Assembly (NCBI GenBank): GCA_031441465.1
Contig: JANOEP010000036.1
Span: forward strand, 1 to 60,403
DNA: 60,403 nt
Reading direction: 5' to 3'
DNA from: a bacterium
GTDB taxonomy: Bacteria > Krumholzibacteriota > Krumholzibacteriia > LZORAL124-64-63
The position numbers and the translations under genes were made by a program. How positions within the stretch are numbered: the stretch's first letter is position 1; every line of letters starts with the position of its first letter. Positions 10,040 to 19,888 of the stretch are shown here, piece after piece. The notes under the pieces were generated by a model. The model was not told the DNA's origin and did no database searches. It saw nothing but the letters and a program-made list of their open reading frames with translations.

Positions 10040-10675
10040 TCAGCGTTTGACGTAGGGGATCTTGGACGCGTAGTCCGCGACCCACTTGGGGGGCTTGGTC
10101 CCGCCCCGGCGTCCCCGGATCTTGTCCTGCAGGCGCATCAGCCCGTCGAGCAGCACCTCGGGGCGCGGCGGGCAGCCGGGAATGTACACGTCCACCGGCA
10201 CGATCAGGTCCACGCCCTTGACCACGTGGTAGCCGTACTTGAAGTACGGGCCGCCGCCGATGGCGCAGGAGCCCATGGCCACCACCCACTTGGGCTCGGG
10301 CATCTGGTCGTAGATGCGCGTGAGGCGCGTGGCCATCTTCGCCGTCACGGTGCCCGAGACGATCATCAGGTCCGCCTGGCGGGGCGTGGCGCGGAAGGCG
10401 CCGGCGCCGAAGCGGTCGATGTCGTAGCGCGTGGCCGAGGCGGCCATCATCTCGATGGCGCAGCAGGCCAGGCCGAAGGTCACCGGCCAGACGCTCGACA
10501 GCCGCGCCCAGTCGAACAGGTTGTCGACGGTCGTCAGGATGAAGTTCTTGTCGTCGGACTCGGCCATGGCGGCCAGGTCCTCGGCGACGTGGAAGTCCAG
10601 GCACTGCTCGCGCCGCGGGTCGTAGCCCGCGGGCGGGGTGACGGACTCGACGTAGTCCTTCCGGTCCTGCGTCAT
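10040..10675 (-). CDS. nuoB: NADH-quinone oxidoreductase subunit B
   Basis: From ATG 10675; [19 protein letters not shown] and [10 protein letters not shown]. Confidence 0.95.
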   Translation of the reverse strand: MTQDRKDYVESVTPPAGYDPRREQCLDFHVAEDLAAMAESDDKNFILTTVDNLFDWARLSSVWPVTFGLACCAIEMMAASATRYDIDRFGAGAFRATPRQADLMIVSGTVTAKMATRLTRIYDQMPEPKWVVAMGSCAIGGGPYFKYGYHVVKGVDLIVPVDVYIPGCPPRPEVLLDGLMRLQDKIRGRRGGTKPPKWVADYASKIPYVKR

Positions 10676-11121
10676 TCCCCGCTCACCTCCGTGCCGCCGC
10701 GGCGCGCCAGGCTCTTGACCCAGTCCAGGTCGCCCTTGACCCAGATGTAGGCCAGGCCGATCGCCAGGATGCCCAGGAACATCGCCATCTCGACGAAGAT
10801 CAGCGAACCCGCCGCCGCGGACAGCGGCTTGAACACGACCGCCCACGGGTACAGGAAGATGACCTCGACGTCGAAGACGATGAAGAACAGCGCCACCAGG
10901 TAGAAGCGGATGTTGAAACGGACCCACGACGAGCCGATCGGCAGCTCGCCGCACTCGTAGGTCACCGCCTTCTCGCCGCCGGGCTTGTTCGGGCGCACCA
11001 GCCGGGCGATGCCCAGGGCCAGGTTCCCGAAGAAGATCCCGAACAGCAGGAAGAGCAGGACGGTCGTGTAGTCGGCGTGCAGCCCGGTCGCGACGGCGGC
11101 CAGGCAGGGCGTCTGTGTCAT
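10672..11121 (-). CDS. nuoA: NADH-quinone oxidoreductase subunit A
   Basis: [28 protein letters not shown] and KGDLDW. Confidence 0.93.
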   Translation of the reverse strand: MTQTPCLAAVATGLHADYTTVLLFLLFGIFFGNLALGIARLVRPNKPGGEKAVTYECGELPIGSSWVRFNIRFYLVALFFIVFDVEVIFLYPWAVVFKPLSAAAGSLIFVEMAMFLGILAIGLAYIWVKGDLDWVKSLARRGGTEVSGE

Positions 11122-11632
11122 CGGGCACCAACCCCCGTGCGTAGGGTGACGGATGGTCCCTGTCGCGGACGGTGCGGGGCGGAGCGGAGAGGCGGCCCGC
11201 CGAGCGACATATCGCTGTCAATACAGGTCGTTCCGGCGGGTACTGTCAAGGCGCGATCAAACAGGAATCCGCGAGTCGCGATTTGGCGCGGCCCCGACCA
11301 GGTGTTCAAAATGACAGCCAACGCGGCGATTGCGGCCGGTTCCCCGTCCGAGTAAACGCTCGCTCTTTGGTGGGCGATTCGCGTGAATCCCGAACAGGGC
11401 GAAGGTCGGGGCTTGCAGTCTGCCCAGGGAGCCGCTGCCAACCTGCACGATGCCGCGGGCGTCGTTGAAATTCGGACTCGGGCAATTGTGTTTCGCGCAA
11501 CGGGGCCGGACGGGTGGGCGCTCCGCGACGCGACGCATGGCTCCGCACGCGCCGGTGCGTCGGTGCCTGGACTCCCTTATGCAACCCGTCGGCGAACCCG
11601 CCATCGCCCACCTCCACCGACGGAGTGCACCC

Positions 11633-12715
11633 ATGCGACGCTTGATCACGCTGCTCGTGACGCTCGCCCTGGCCGCGACGGCCTCGACCACCGCCGCCGC
11701 GGAAGTCCTCACCAACCTGTTTTTCCTGCACCACTCGACCGGGCGCAACGTCATCGCCGAGGGCGACGTCCGCGACTGCATCGCGGCCCACAACGCCCAG
11801 CACGGCACCGCCTACGCGTTCTGGGACCACGACTACAACGCCCTGGGACTGACCGGCCCCGACGGCAGCCAGCCCGGCATCAGCTACCAGATCCCCGGCG
11901 ACAACACCGATCCCGACGGGCTGCTGACGTTGTGGACCACGTCCAACGGCGCCCGCAACCTCATCCTGCAGAACCACCAGGTCATCGCCTTCAAATCCTG
12001 CTACCCGGCCTCGAACATCGAGACCGACGCCGAACTCGCCGCGCGCAAGCAGTGGTACCTGCAGATGCGCGACGTGTTCGACCAGCACCCCGACCACGTG
12101 TTCGTCGTGATGAGCCAGCCGCCGCGGCACCGCCTGGCCACCAACACCGCCGAGGCGACGCGGGCCCGCGCCTTCGCCGCTTGGCTGTGCTCGGACACCT
12201 ACACGGTCGGCCACCCGAACGTCGTGGCCTTCGACCTGTTCGACCTGCTGGCCGCTCCTGACGACGGTTCCGCCGCGGCCAACCGCCTGCGGTACGCCTA
12301 CGAGCGCAGCCACAGCAGCAGCGACTCCCACCCCAACGCCGCAGCCAACGCCGCGACCGGCCCCGCGTTCGCCCAGGTGCTGATCGCGGCCTCGACGGCG
12401 CTGACGGGCACGACCAGCGCCGGAGACCTGCCGGCGGCGCCGGCGCTGCGGCTGGGCAGCTACCCCAACCCCTTCAACCCGCAGACGACGGTGACCTTCG
12501 CACTGGCGGCGCCGGCGCGGGCGCGCTTGGCGATCTACGACCTGGCCGGGGCGCTGGTGACCGTGCTGACGGACGGGACGTACGACGCCGGCGAACACGC
12601 CCTGCCCTGGGATGGCCGTCGGGCCGACGGGAGCGCCTCGCCGTCGGGCGTCTACCTCGCACGCCTGCAGACACCGGGGGCGACAGCGGCCGCCAAGCTG
12701 CAACTCGTGCGCTGA
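11633..12715 (+). CDS. Secreted protein of unknown function with C-terminal FlgD-Ig/T9SS-like domain
   Basis: GGAG RBS, signal peptide MRRLITLLVTLALAA, C-terminal YPNPFNP...WDGR...SGVYLARL...KLQLVR. Confidence 0.8.
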   Translation: MRRLITLLVTLALAATASTTAAAEVLTNLFFLHHSTGRNVIAEGDVRDCIAAHNAQHGTAYAFWDHDYNALGLTGPDGSQPGISYQIPGDNTDPDGLLTLWTTSNGARNLILQNHQVIAFKSCYPASNIETDAELAARKQWYLQMRDVFDQHPDHVFVVMSQPPRHRLATNTAEATRARAFAAWLCSDTYTVGHPNVVAFDLFDLLAAPDDGSAAANRLRYAYERSHSSSDSHPNAAANAATGPAFAQVLIAASTALTGTTSAGDLPAAPALRLGSYPNPFNPQTTVTFALAAPARARLAIYDLAGALVTVLTDGTYDAGEHALPWDGRRADGSASPSGVYLARLQTPGATAAAKLQLVR

Positions 12716-12735
12716 TCATTCGCAACAACAACTCC

Positions 12736-12769
12736 GACAGGGGCGGCATCGGCAGATGCGGCCCCTGTC
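12736..12769 (+). terminator. Putative terminator hairpin
   Basis: GACAGGGGC...GCCCCTGTC inverted repeat just after the stop codon; weak U tail. Confidence 0.5.
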
Positions 12770-12833
12770 TCGCAATCAGGCCGCAGCCAGGCTTCTGCCA
12801 CCAAACCCACCCTGCGAAGCTGATTTTGATGCT

Positions 12834-12869
12834 TATAGTTTCAACTAACAATATTTAGTATTGCCAAGA
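12834..12869. promoter_or_regulatory. Tandem DtxR/MntR-like operator boxes
   Basis: TATAG-TTTCAA-CTAAC and TTTAG-TATTGC-CAAGA, 20 bp apart in an AT-rich island; resemble TTTAG-N6-CTAAA. Confidence 0.5.
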
Positions 12870-12966
12870 ATTTTCTGGACAGGACCCCGCCCACCGCCTA
12901 GATCTGCCGGGAGAGCGTGAGAGCGATTCTCATGATCTTTCTCGACTTTTCCTGCGGAGGTTGCCG

Positions 12967-14127
12967 ATGTCCCACCTGAAAATCTACGCCGCCGCCCTGG
13001 GAGTCGGCTTCGTCATCAGCCTCGCCGCCACGGCCGGAGCCGGGGACCGCCGCCCCGCCTTGCCCGGCGGGATCGGCGACAAGCCCTACCTGTCGCGCGG
13101 CGGCGTCGACATCATGCTCGGCGGCTACATGGATCACGAGTTCGAGTGGGTCGAGGACGGCGGCAGCACCTTCGATCAGCACCGCTTCGTGCCCTTCATC
13201 ACCGCACGGGTGTCCGACCGCGTGACCGTGTCGAGCGAGATCGAGTTCGAGCACGGCGGCTTCGTCGGCGGCGACGGCGAGGGCGAGATCAAGCTGGAGT
13301 ACGCGGTCATGGACTACCGATTCCGCGAGGGCTTCCAGTTCCGCGGCGGCCTGATCCTGTCGCCCCTGGGTGCCTTCAACCTGCGCCACGACACGCCGCT
13401 GAACGACCTGACCGAGCGCCCGCTGGTGGACCGCCAGCTCGTCCCCTCGACGCTGAGCGAGGCGGGCATGGGCGTCTTCGGCACGCTCTACCCGAGCGAG
13501 GATCTCGTCCTGGGTTATGAAGCCTATCTGGTCAACGGCTTCGACGAAGGCGTGCTGTCCGGCGCCGCCGGCGACAAAAAGCTGCGAATCCGCTCGGGGC
13601 GCGGCAGCCAGGAGCAGGACAACAACCGGAACAAGGCCCTCGTCGCCCGCCTGGGCGCCAGCCCGCGCCCGGGCCTGAACCTCGGCGCCTCGATCCACAC
13701 CGGCAAGTACGACGACGCGGACGGAAAGCGCCTGACGATCGCCGCGCTCGACGGCCAGGCGGTCTTCGGCGCGCTGGAGCTGCTGGGCGAGCTGGCTTCC
13801 GCCGCGGCCGACGTCGACCGCATCGCCGAGCCGGGGCTCGCCGAAAGCCAGCACGGCGCCTACGGCCAGGTCAACTGGCACGTGCTGCACGACCGGCTGC
13901 TGCCGGGATCGGTGGTCACCCTGGTCGCACGCGCCGACGCGATGGACTACGACACCGATGTCGACGGTGACCAGGCGTCGGCGCTGACCCTGGGCGTGAA
14001 CTTCCGCCCGACCGAGGAGTCGGTCTTCAAGCTGGACTACGCCTGGTCCCGCACGACCGCGCGCGGCGCCGGCGACAGCGCGGACGCGCCCGGGCGCCTG
14101 TTCTTCTCCGTGGCCACGTACTTCTAG
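12967..14127 (+). CDS. Outer-membrane beta-barrel/porin (OprO/P-like), probable metal uptake
   Basis: Signal peptide, SEIEFEH and GEIKLEYA motifs, amphipathic strands, terminal Phe. Confidence 0.75.
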   Translation: MSHLKIYAAALGVGFVISLAATAGAGDRRPALPGGIGDKPYLSRGGVDIMLGGYMDHEFEWVEDGGSTFDQHRFVPFITARVSDRVTVSSEIEFEHGGFVGGDGEGEIKLEYAVMDYRFREGFQFRGGLILSPLGAFNLRHDTPLNDLTERPLVDRQLVPSTLSEAGMGVFGTLYPSEDLVLGYEAYLVNGFDEGVLSGAAGDKKLRIRSGRGSQEQDNNRNKALVARLGASPRPGLNLGASIHTGKYDDADGKRLTIAALDGQAVFGALELLGELASAAADVDRIAEPGLAESQHGAYGQVNWHVLHDRLLPGSVVTLVARADAMDYDTDVDGDQASALTLGVNFRPTEESVFKLDYAWSRTTARGAGDSADAPGRLFFSVATYF

Positions 14128-14131
14128 GGGG

Positions 14132-14722
14132 ATGACGCGCATGCGCACGCTGTGCACCTGCCTGCTGATCGCCGCGGCCGCGGGGGCCGGCCCGGCCCGC
14201 ACGGCGCCCGCGGCGCGGCCGGCGGCCGAGCACCACGTCTACCAGACACTCGACGAGGCCCTGGGCGAGGTGTTCGCCGGAGCCGACTCGACCTGGACGG
14301 AGACCTGGACTCCCAACGACGTCGCGCGGGCGGGGCTGGCCGCGGAGCTCGGCGCGCCGCAGCCCGCAGGCGAGATCGTGTTCCACCGCGCCCGCCGCGA
14401 CGGGCGCGACCTGGGTTGGGCCGTGACGACCGACGAGATCGGGCTGCACGAGCCAATCACGATGCTGGTGTCGGTCGACGCCGCGCGCGAGGTCGGTCCC
14501 GTGCGCGTGCTCGTCTTCCGCGAGTCGCGCGGCGGCGAGGTGCGCCGCAAGCGCTTCCTCGATCAGTTCCTGGGCAAGACGCGCGCCGACCCCCTGCGGA
14601 TCACGCGCGACGTCGACGCCGTCACCGGCGCCACCTACTCCTCGCGCGCGGTGACCGCCGGCGTCAAGCGGGTGTTGGCCCTGGTGGACGCCTGTTATCC
14701 CCCAGAACGGAGCGCCCCGTGA
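14132..14722 (+). CDS. FMN-binding domain protein (RnfG/NqrC-like flavinylation substrate)
   Basis: DVDAVTGATYSS flavinylation motif, RESRGGEV..RFLDQFLGK, signal peptide. Confidence 0.85.
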   Translation: MTRMRTLCTCLLIAAAAGAGPARTAPAARPAAEHHVYQTLDEALGEVFAGADSTWTETWTPNDVARAGLAAELGAPQPAGEIVFHRARRDGRDLGWAVTTDEIGLHEPITMLVSVDAAREVGPVRVLVFRESRGGEVRRKRFLDQFLGKTRADPLRITRDVDAVTGATYSSRAVTAGVKRVLALVDACYPPERSAP

Positions 14723-15357
14723 AGATGCCGGCGCGACACCTGCATCGCTGGCTGGGAGCGCTGCTGCTGCTGCCCCTGCTGACGATCACGGCGACCGGCC
14801 TGCTGCTGAGCAACCCGCGGTGGCTGGACCGCGACCGCGACCCCGTCCTGCGGGTCGTCGCCGATCCCGTCCGCCCGGACGTGCTGTGGCAGGGGCGCGC
14901 TTCGGGGCTGTGGCGCTCGGCGGACACCGGCGCGGCGTGGCGCGAGGTGCCGATGCTCTCGCCGCCGCTGAACGTCGCCGGGATCGCCGTGGCGGGCGGC
15001 ACGATCCTGGCCGCCGGCGAGGCGGGCGATCTCGTGCGCTCGAACGACGGCGGCACGGTGTGGGAAACGCTGCCCGGCGTGCCGCTCGACGGGGCCCGGC
15101 TGCACGACTTGTCCGTCGGTGCCGACGGCACGCTGTACGCGTGGACGTCGCGAGGGCTCTTCGTCGCGGCAAGCGGTGACGGGGCCTGGGAATCGCGCGG
15201 CGAGGCCCCGCGCTCGCGCGACCGGCTGCACGCGCTGCATACCGGTTGGTTGCTGGGCCCGCGCGGCAAGCTGCTCAACGACGTCGCGACCGTCGGGATG
15301 ATCCTACTCGCGGTCACGGGGCTGCTGGCCTGGCAACGCCGCTACGGGCGTCGCTAG
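14719..15357 (+). CDS. PepSY-associated TM helix protein with a periplasmic BNR/Asp-box region
   Basis: LHRWLG...TGLLL N-terminal helix, SxDxGxxW boxes, LHTG and C-terminal TM; GTG start overlaps the upstream stop. Confidence 0.75.
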   Translation: MKMPARHLHRWLGALLLLPLLTITATGLLLSNPRWLDRDRDPVLRVVADPVRPDVLWQGRASGLWRSADTGAAWREVPMLSPPLNVAGIAVAGGTILAAGEAGDLVRSNDGGTVWETLPGVPLDGARLHDLSVGADGTLYAWTSRGLFVAASGDGAWESRGEAPRSRDRLHALHTGWLLGPRGKLLNDVATVGMILLAVTGLLAWQRRYGRR

Positions 15358-15687
15358 CTGCGGCGGCAGCGGCGACGGCGAGGTCTCGCTGTCGTTCGCG
15401 CTGATGGAGTACCGCTTCCACGAAGAGGTGCCATTCCGCGGCGGGCGGGTCCAGTCGCCACTGGGCGGCGTCAACCTGCATCACGGTTCGCCGCTGAACC
15501 TGCTTCTAGTTCCCGATGAAGCGGACGATGAACGATCATCATGCACACCCCTGATTTCAGGGACGAGCAGCCAGATTCGTCAAATATCGGTCGCGGATCC
15601 GCGCCGCCGGATGGTCTTGCTTCGACACCGCAGACTGGGATATCCTGACACCCGAACGATCCTCCTCCACGATCAGGAGCCGTGCCC

Positions 15688-16368
15688 ATGCGCGCGAACC
15701 GTCGATCCATGTTCCTGCTGCTCTTGGCCCTGCTGGTCACTGCAGCCTGCGCCCCGGGATTCGGCCCCTGCACCTCCACGCCCGTCGTTACGGCACAAGT
15801 GCGCGGCCCCCTGCACCTGCTCGCCTTCGGTTGCGGGGTCGACCGGTACTACCTCGCGGATTACGAGCCCGGCTCCCCCACCGCGACCCTGCACGCACCC
15901 GACGGCGCGCACACGCTGACGCAGCAGATCGCCGCCTCCGGCGCGAAGTACGCCGGCGGCCGCTACCTGCTCTGGACCAAGGGGCAGGACGTCATGCTGG
16001 AGGTGGACGGGCAGCGCGTCGAGGATTGCACGGTCTCAGGGCAGCAGCAGGTGCTCGAGCGGTCCTGGGCGGCGGGCTACCATTTCCACGCGTTCGGCAA
16101 CGAGCCCGGCTGGATTCTGGATTCCGGGTCCCACGACACCCGCGTGACAGCCGACTACGGCGCGATCGAGCTGCAATTCCCGGGGATCCCCGTCGAGAGC
16201 CTACGCGACGGCGCGCCGATCCTGCGTGAGGCCGCGGGGCACGTCCTGCGCCTGCGCACTTCGGCGACGCCGTGCCAGGACGACATGATGGGCTATCCGG
16301 GAACCATGAGCGTCGAGTTGGAACTGGACGGCAGGAAGTTGAACGGCTGCGGCGTGCGGCTGCATTAG
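15688..16368 (+). CDS. Putative lipoprotein, MliC-like domain fused to a GNEPxW-type domain
   Basis: Lipobox-like VTAAC, ASGAKY...LWTKG (MliC), FHAFGNEPGW...CQDDM...LNGCG. Confidence 0.65.
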   Translation: MRANRRSMFLLLLALLVTAACAPGFGPCTSTPVVTAQVRGPLHLLAFGCGVDRYYLADYEPGSPTATLHAPDGAHTLTQQIAASGAKYAGGRYLLWTKGQDVMLEVDGQRVEDCTVSGQQQVLERSWAAGYHFHAFGNEPGWILDSGSHDTRVTADYGAIELQFPGIPVESLRDGAPILREAAGHVLRLRTSATPCQDDMMGYPGTMSVELELDGRKLNGCGVRLH

Positions 16369-16472
16369 GACCGCAGCAAGCCGGTGACCTCGTCCAATCG
16401 AATTTTTTTGATGCTTGAGTGCAGTTTCTACGGGACGTCCCGACCTGGGCGGTATCATTCTGCAAATTCCGC

Positions 16473-18122
16473 TCAGCGCACGCGCTCCCCGCCCACGTAC
16501 AGCGCGACCGGCTTCGCGGCAAGCCAGACGACGGGATCGCCGCCGCGCGGATCGCGGTCCAGCACCGTGCAGTCGAAGAACAGCCCCGGGTGCAGGGCGC
16601 CTAGGTCGCTCTCACGCCCCACGGCGTACGCCGCCTCGGTGGTGAAGCCGCGCAGAGTCTCGGCCAGCGTCAGACGCTGCTCGGGATGCCACCCGCCCAC
16701 GGGGTCGCCGTCCGGCTCCTGCCGCGTGATCGCCGCGTAGATCCCCGGCAGGGGGTTCCAGTCCTCGACCGGCGCGTCCGACCCCAGCGGCAAACGCACG
16801 CCGTGGTCCAGGAACGTGCGCCACGCGTAGGCGCCCTGGACGCGCTCGGGTCCGAGTCTCTGCTCGGCCCAGCGCAGGTCGCTCGTGCAGTGCGTGGGCT
16901 GCACGCTGGCGATCGCGCCCAGCGACGCGAAGCGCGCGAAGTCGTCGGGGTGGACGACCTGGGCGTGCTCCACGCGGTGGCGGTGCGACCGCGCGCCGGT
17001 CGCGTCCGGCGCCTGCGCGGCGGCGATGGCGTCCAGGGCCATGCGGTTGCCGCCGTCGCCGATGGCGTGGATGGCGCACTGGAAACCGCGGCGGTGCACC
17101 TCGCGCACCTGGTCGGCGAGTTCGGGGTCGCTGGTGACCGCGAGGCCGCGCCGCCCGGGCTCGTCGCTGTAATCCGCCAGCAGCAGCGCGCCGCGGCTGC
17201 CCAGAGCGCCGTCGGTGTAATATTTCATGCCCAGCACCGCGAAGCGGTTAGAAGCGCGATAGCGCTCGAGAGCCGCCATCGACCCGACTTCGGACCCCTC
17301 CAGGTAGACGAATAGCCTGATCGGCAACCGCCCCTCGTCCGCGAGCCTCTGCGCGATGTCGCACGTCTCCGGCGACTCCCCCATGTCGTGCACCGCCACG
17401 AGCCCCGCATCGGCGCAGGCCGCCAGCCCCGCCAACAGCCAGCGCTCCTGGTCGGCGGCGGTGGAGCGCGGCAGGAAAGGCGTCAGCAGATCGGCGGCGT
17501 TGTCGACCAGCACGCCGGTCGGCGCGCCCTGTTCATCGCGTAGGATGCGGCCGCCGTCGGGGTCCGGCGTGGCGGCCGTGATGCCCGCCAGGTCCAGCAT
17601 GGCCTTGTTCACCCAGGACGCGTGGCCGTCGACGCGGCGCAGCACCATCGGCCGCGCGCCCGCGCCCTCGAGGTCGCGCCAGGTGGGGAACGCGCCGCCG
17701 GGCCAGCGGCTCTGGTCCCAGCCGCGGCCGCGGACCACCGCGACGTCGGGGTTCGCCGCGGCCCAGGCGGCGGCCAGGTCGCGCGCTTCGAGCGCCGAGC
17801 GAGCCTCCTCCAGCCCCACCTGCTCGCACCGCTTGCCGATGCCCGAGACGTGCAGGTGCGCGTCGTGCAGGCCCGGCAGGGCCAGCACACCGGGCAGCTT
17901 CACGATCTCCCAGGGCGTGTCGTGCGGCACGACGCCGTAGGTCTCCAGGATGCGCCCGTCGGCGCGCACGGCCACGGCCGCGGCCTCGGGCAGCGCGGGG
18001 TCGCCGGTCCAGAAGACCGGGCCGGTGTAGATGCGGACCATGGTGTCGGTCTCCTCTGGCAAGCCGCCGCCGATCGCGGCGGCGGCCAGCAACATGACGG
18101 CGATCGCGACGAATCTCTTCAT
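16473..18122 (-). CDS. Amidohydrolase family 3 (YtcJ-like), exported
   Basis: PGLHDAHLH, KYYTDGALGSRGA, HAIGD, RVEHAQ and GSDAPV; start MKRFVAIAV. Confidence 0.88.
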   Translation of the reverse strand: MKRFVAIAVMLLAAAAIGGGLPEETDTMVRIYTGPVFWTGDPALPEAAAVAVRADGRILETYGVVPHDTPWEIVKLPGVLALPGLHDAHLHVSGIGKRCEQVGLEEARSALEARDLAAAWAAANPDVAVVRGRGWDQSRWPGGAFPTWRDLEGAGARPMVLRRVDGHASWVNKAMLDLAGITAATPDPDGGRILRDEQGAPTGVLVDNAADLLTPFLPRSTAADQERWLLAGLAACADAGLVAVHDMGESPETCDIAQRLADEGRLPIRLFVYLEGSEVGSMAALERYRASNRFAVLGMKYYTDGALGSRGALLLADYSDEPGRRGLAVTSDPELADQVREVHRRGFQCAIHAIGDGGNRMALDAIAAAQAPDATGARSHRHRVEHAQVVHPDDFARFASLGAIASVQPTHCTSDLRWAEQRLGPERVQGAYAWRTFLDHGVRLPLGSDAPVEDWNPLPGIYAAITRQEPDGDPVGGWHPEQRLTLAETLRGFTTEAAYAVGRESDLGALHPGLFFDCTVLDRDPRGGDPVVWLAAKPVALYVGGERVR

Positions 18123-18132
18123 CCCATCTCCC

Positions 18133-19758
18133 CTAGTACGGCAACGCCGTCGCCACCGAATCCGCCGCCGCCCGCGGCAGCCTGAACTGCTCCGGCCGCA
18201 ACCGCAGCACCGCGTCGCGCCACGCCTGCGGGTAGCCGACATCGCGCTCGCGCCCGTTCTCGATGACGTAGCCGTCGTTGTACTTCGCGATCAGCGCGCC
18301 GGCCAGCCCGCGCCAGCGTTCGGCGACGCGTTCGGCCTCGCCCACGCAGTACGTGGTCAAGTAGCGCGCGCACAGCGCGGGATCCTGCGCGTGCAGCCGA
18401 GCGGCTGTCGCCTCGACCGCCGGCTGCATCGCGATCAGCCCGCCCTCGAGTTCGCCCTGGACGGCCCGGATATCCTCGATCATGTACGAGTACTTCAGAC
18501 CGGCGTAGTTGGCCACGAGGTTGAACACCCACCACCCCGAGTCCCACGAGAACTCCTCGAGCCTGCCCCGCGTGAAGGACGGCGGAAGGTCGGTGATCCC
18601 GGCGTAGAGCGGGAACCAGACCGTCGTCGCGGTATTGTCGACGCCGTACCAGAGGCAGCCGCCGACGGGGTTGGGCAGCGCGCGGCGGCACTGCGCGATG
18701 TGGGAGAAGCCGGTCTGCTGCGTCGAGATGGGCCGCTCCCAGGTGTAGGTCTCGCCGCCCTGCTCCCAGGCCATCGGCCGCCAGCGGTCGGGGCAGCCGA
18801 AGGGCCCGGCGTCCACGCCCTGCGTCATGTCGTAGTCGGTGCCCTCGTAGTGGTCGCGCATCAAGGCCATGACGTCGCCCAGGGCCAGCTTGCGGTCGGG
18901 CTTCACCCACAGGGGATAGTCCACGGCGCCCGCGACGCCGCGGTGGAAGTCCGGGCTCAGATTCAGCGACGGCGCCGCCCGCCGCAGCAGGCTCCATACC
19001 CGCGTGGCGGTGTAGCGCTTCTTCTGCGGGGTGGCCGGATCGTACACGTCGCGAAAGTTGAAGGGGACGCCGGCGCGCGCATCGTACCAGCCGCGCGCCT
19101 CGGCCACGCTGAACACGTTGCGCGAGTAGAGGCAGTTCTGCGGGTCGTCGGTGGGGAACGTGCCGATGCGCGCCATGTTGGCGTGGGCCGACACGGTGCC
19201 GTCGGGCAGCCGGCGCGCGACCCAGACCGCGCCGTTGCTGCCGGGGCCCGCGCCGATCATCTCCAGCAGCCAGCACTCGCGCGGGTCGCAGAGCGAGAAC
19301 GACTCGCCGGTGCTGCGGTAGCCGAAGGTCTCGATCAGCGAGGTGATCACCTCGACCGCCTCGCGCGCGGTGCGCGCGCGCTGCAGGGCGAGGGTCATCA
19401 GGTTCCAGTAGTGCAGACCCCCGGTCTTGTCCATCAGCTCGGGCCGGCCGTCGAAGGTGGTCTCGCCGACGGCCACCTGGTGCTCGTTCATCAGGCCGAC
19501 GACCGCGTAGCTGTGGGCCGACCAGGGGATCGTCGCGGTCAGCGTGCCGTCCCAGTACCGCACCTCCTGCATCTCGCCGGGCGCGTGGTCGGCCGCCGGG
19601 GTGCTCTGCAGGATGGGGTGGAACTCCCCGTCGCAGGTGTAGGTGATGAAGGCGGACCCGTCCGCCGAGGCGCCGGGGGTGACCAGCAGGTTGGTGCACG
19701 CCGCCACGGGAGCGGCGGCCAGGGCGATCAGCAGTGCGAAGGCGAGGTACGGGCGCAT
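18133..19758 (-). CDS. Peptidase C69 (dipeptidase, Ntn hydrolase)
   Basis: Signal peptide followed by catalytic N-terminal CTNLLV; NEHQVAVGETTF and ERPIS. Confidence 0.88.
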   Translation of the reverse strand: MRPYLAFALLIALAAAPVAACTNLLVTPGASADGSAFITYTCDGEFHPILQSTPAADHAPGEMQEVRYWDGTLTATIPWSAHSYAVVGLMNEHQVAVGETTFDGRPELMDKTGGLHYWNLMTLALQRARTAREAVEVITSLIETFGYRSTGESFSLCDPRECWLLEMIGAGPGSNGAVWVARRLPDGTVSAHANMARIGTFPTDDPQNCLYSRNVFSVAEARGWYDARAGVPFNFRDVYDPATPQKKRYTATRVWSLLRRAAPSLNLSPDFHRGVAGAVDYPLWVKPDRKLALGDVMALMRDHYEGTDYDMTQGVDAGPFGCPDRWRPMAWEQGGETYTWERPISTQQTGFSHIAQCRRALPNPVGGCLWYGVDNTATTVWFPLYAGITDLPPSFTRGRLEEFSWDSGWWVFNLVANYAGLKYSYMIEDIRAVQGELEGGLIAMQPAVEATAARLHAQDPALCARYLTTYCVGEAERVAERWRGLAGALIAKYNDGYVIENGRERDVGYPQAWRDAVLRLRPEQFRLPRAAADSVATALPY

Positions 19759-19888
19759 GAGGTCCCTCCGGGTGTGGGGTCGCCGGGATCATAGCGGCTC
19801 ACGTCCGCCGGGGAAACCGCGGATGCGCAACGGGAAGAAGGCCCCGACCTGGGCCGGGGCATTCCTGCTACCCGGGGGACGGGTCGCG

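Noticed and set aside
509..10050. Long plus-strand ORFs (503, 794, 735 and 676 aa) opposite the nuo genes
   Set aside because: Antisense shadows caused by high GC3 codon bias; no motifs. The same applies to the long shadow ORFs over other genes in the window.
8188..10675. Possible group 4 [NiFe]-hydrogenase instead of complex I
   Set aside because: The large subunit has no Ni-binding CxxC pairs; nuoA is present and the quinone-site residues are intact.
15404..15680. Short ORF start (MEYRFHEE...) between the PepSY and MliC genes
   Set aside because: No RBS or recognisable domain, and it overlaps the real downstream gene out of frame. It could be a remnant but this cannot be supported.
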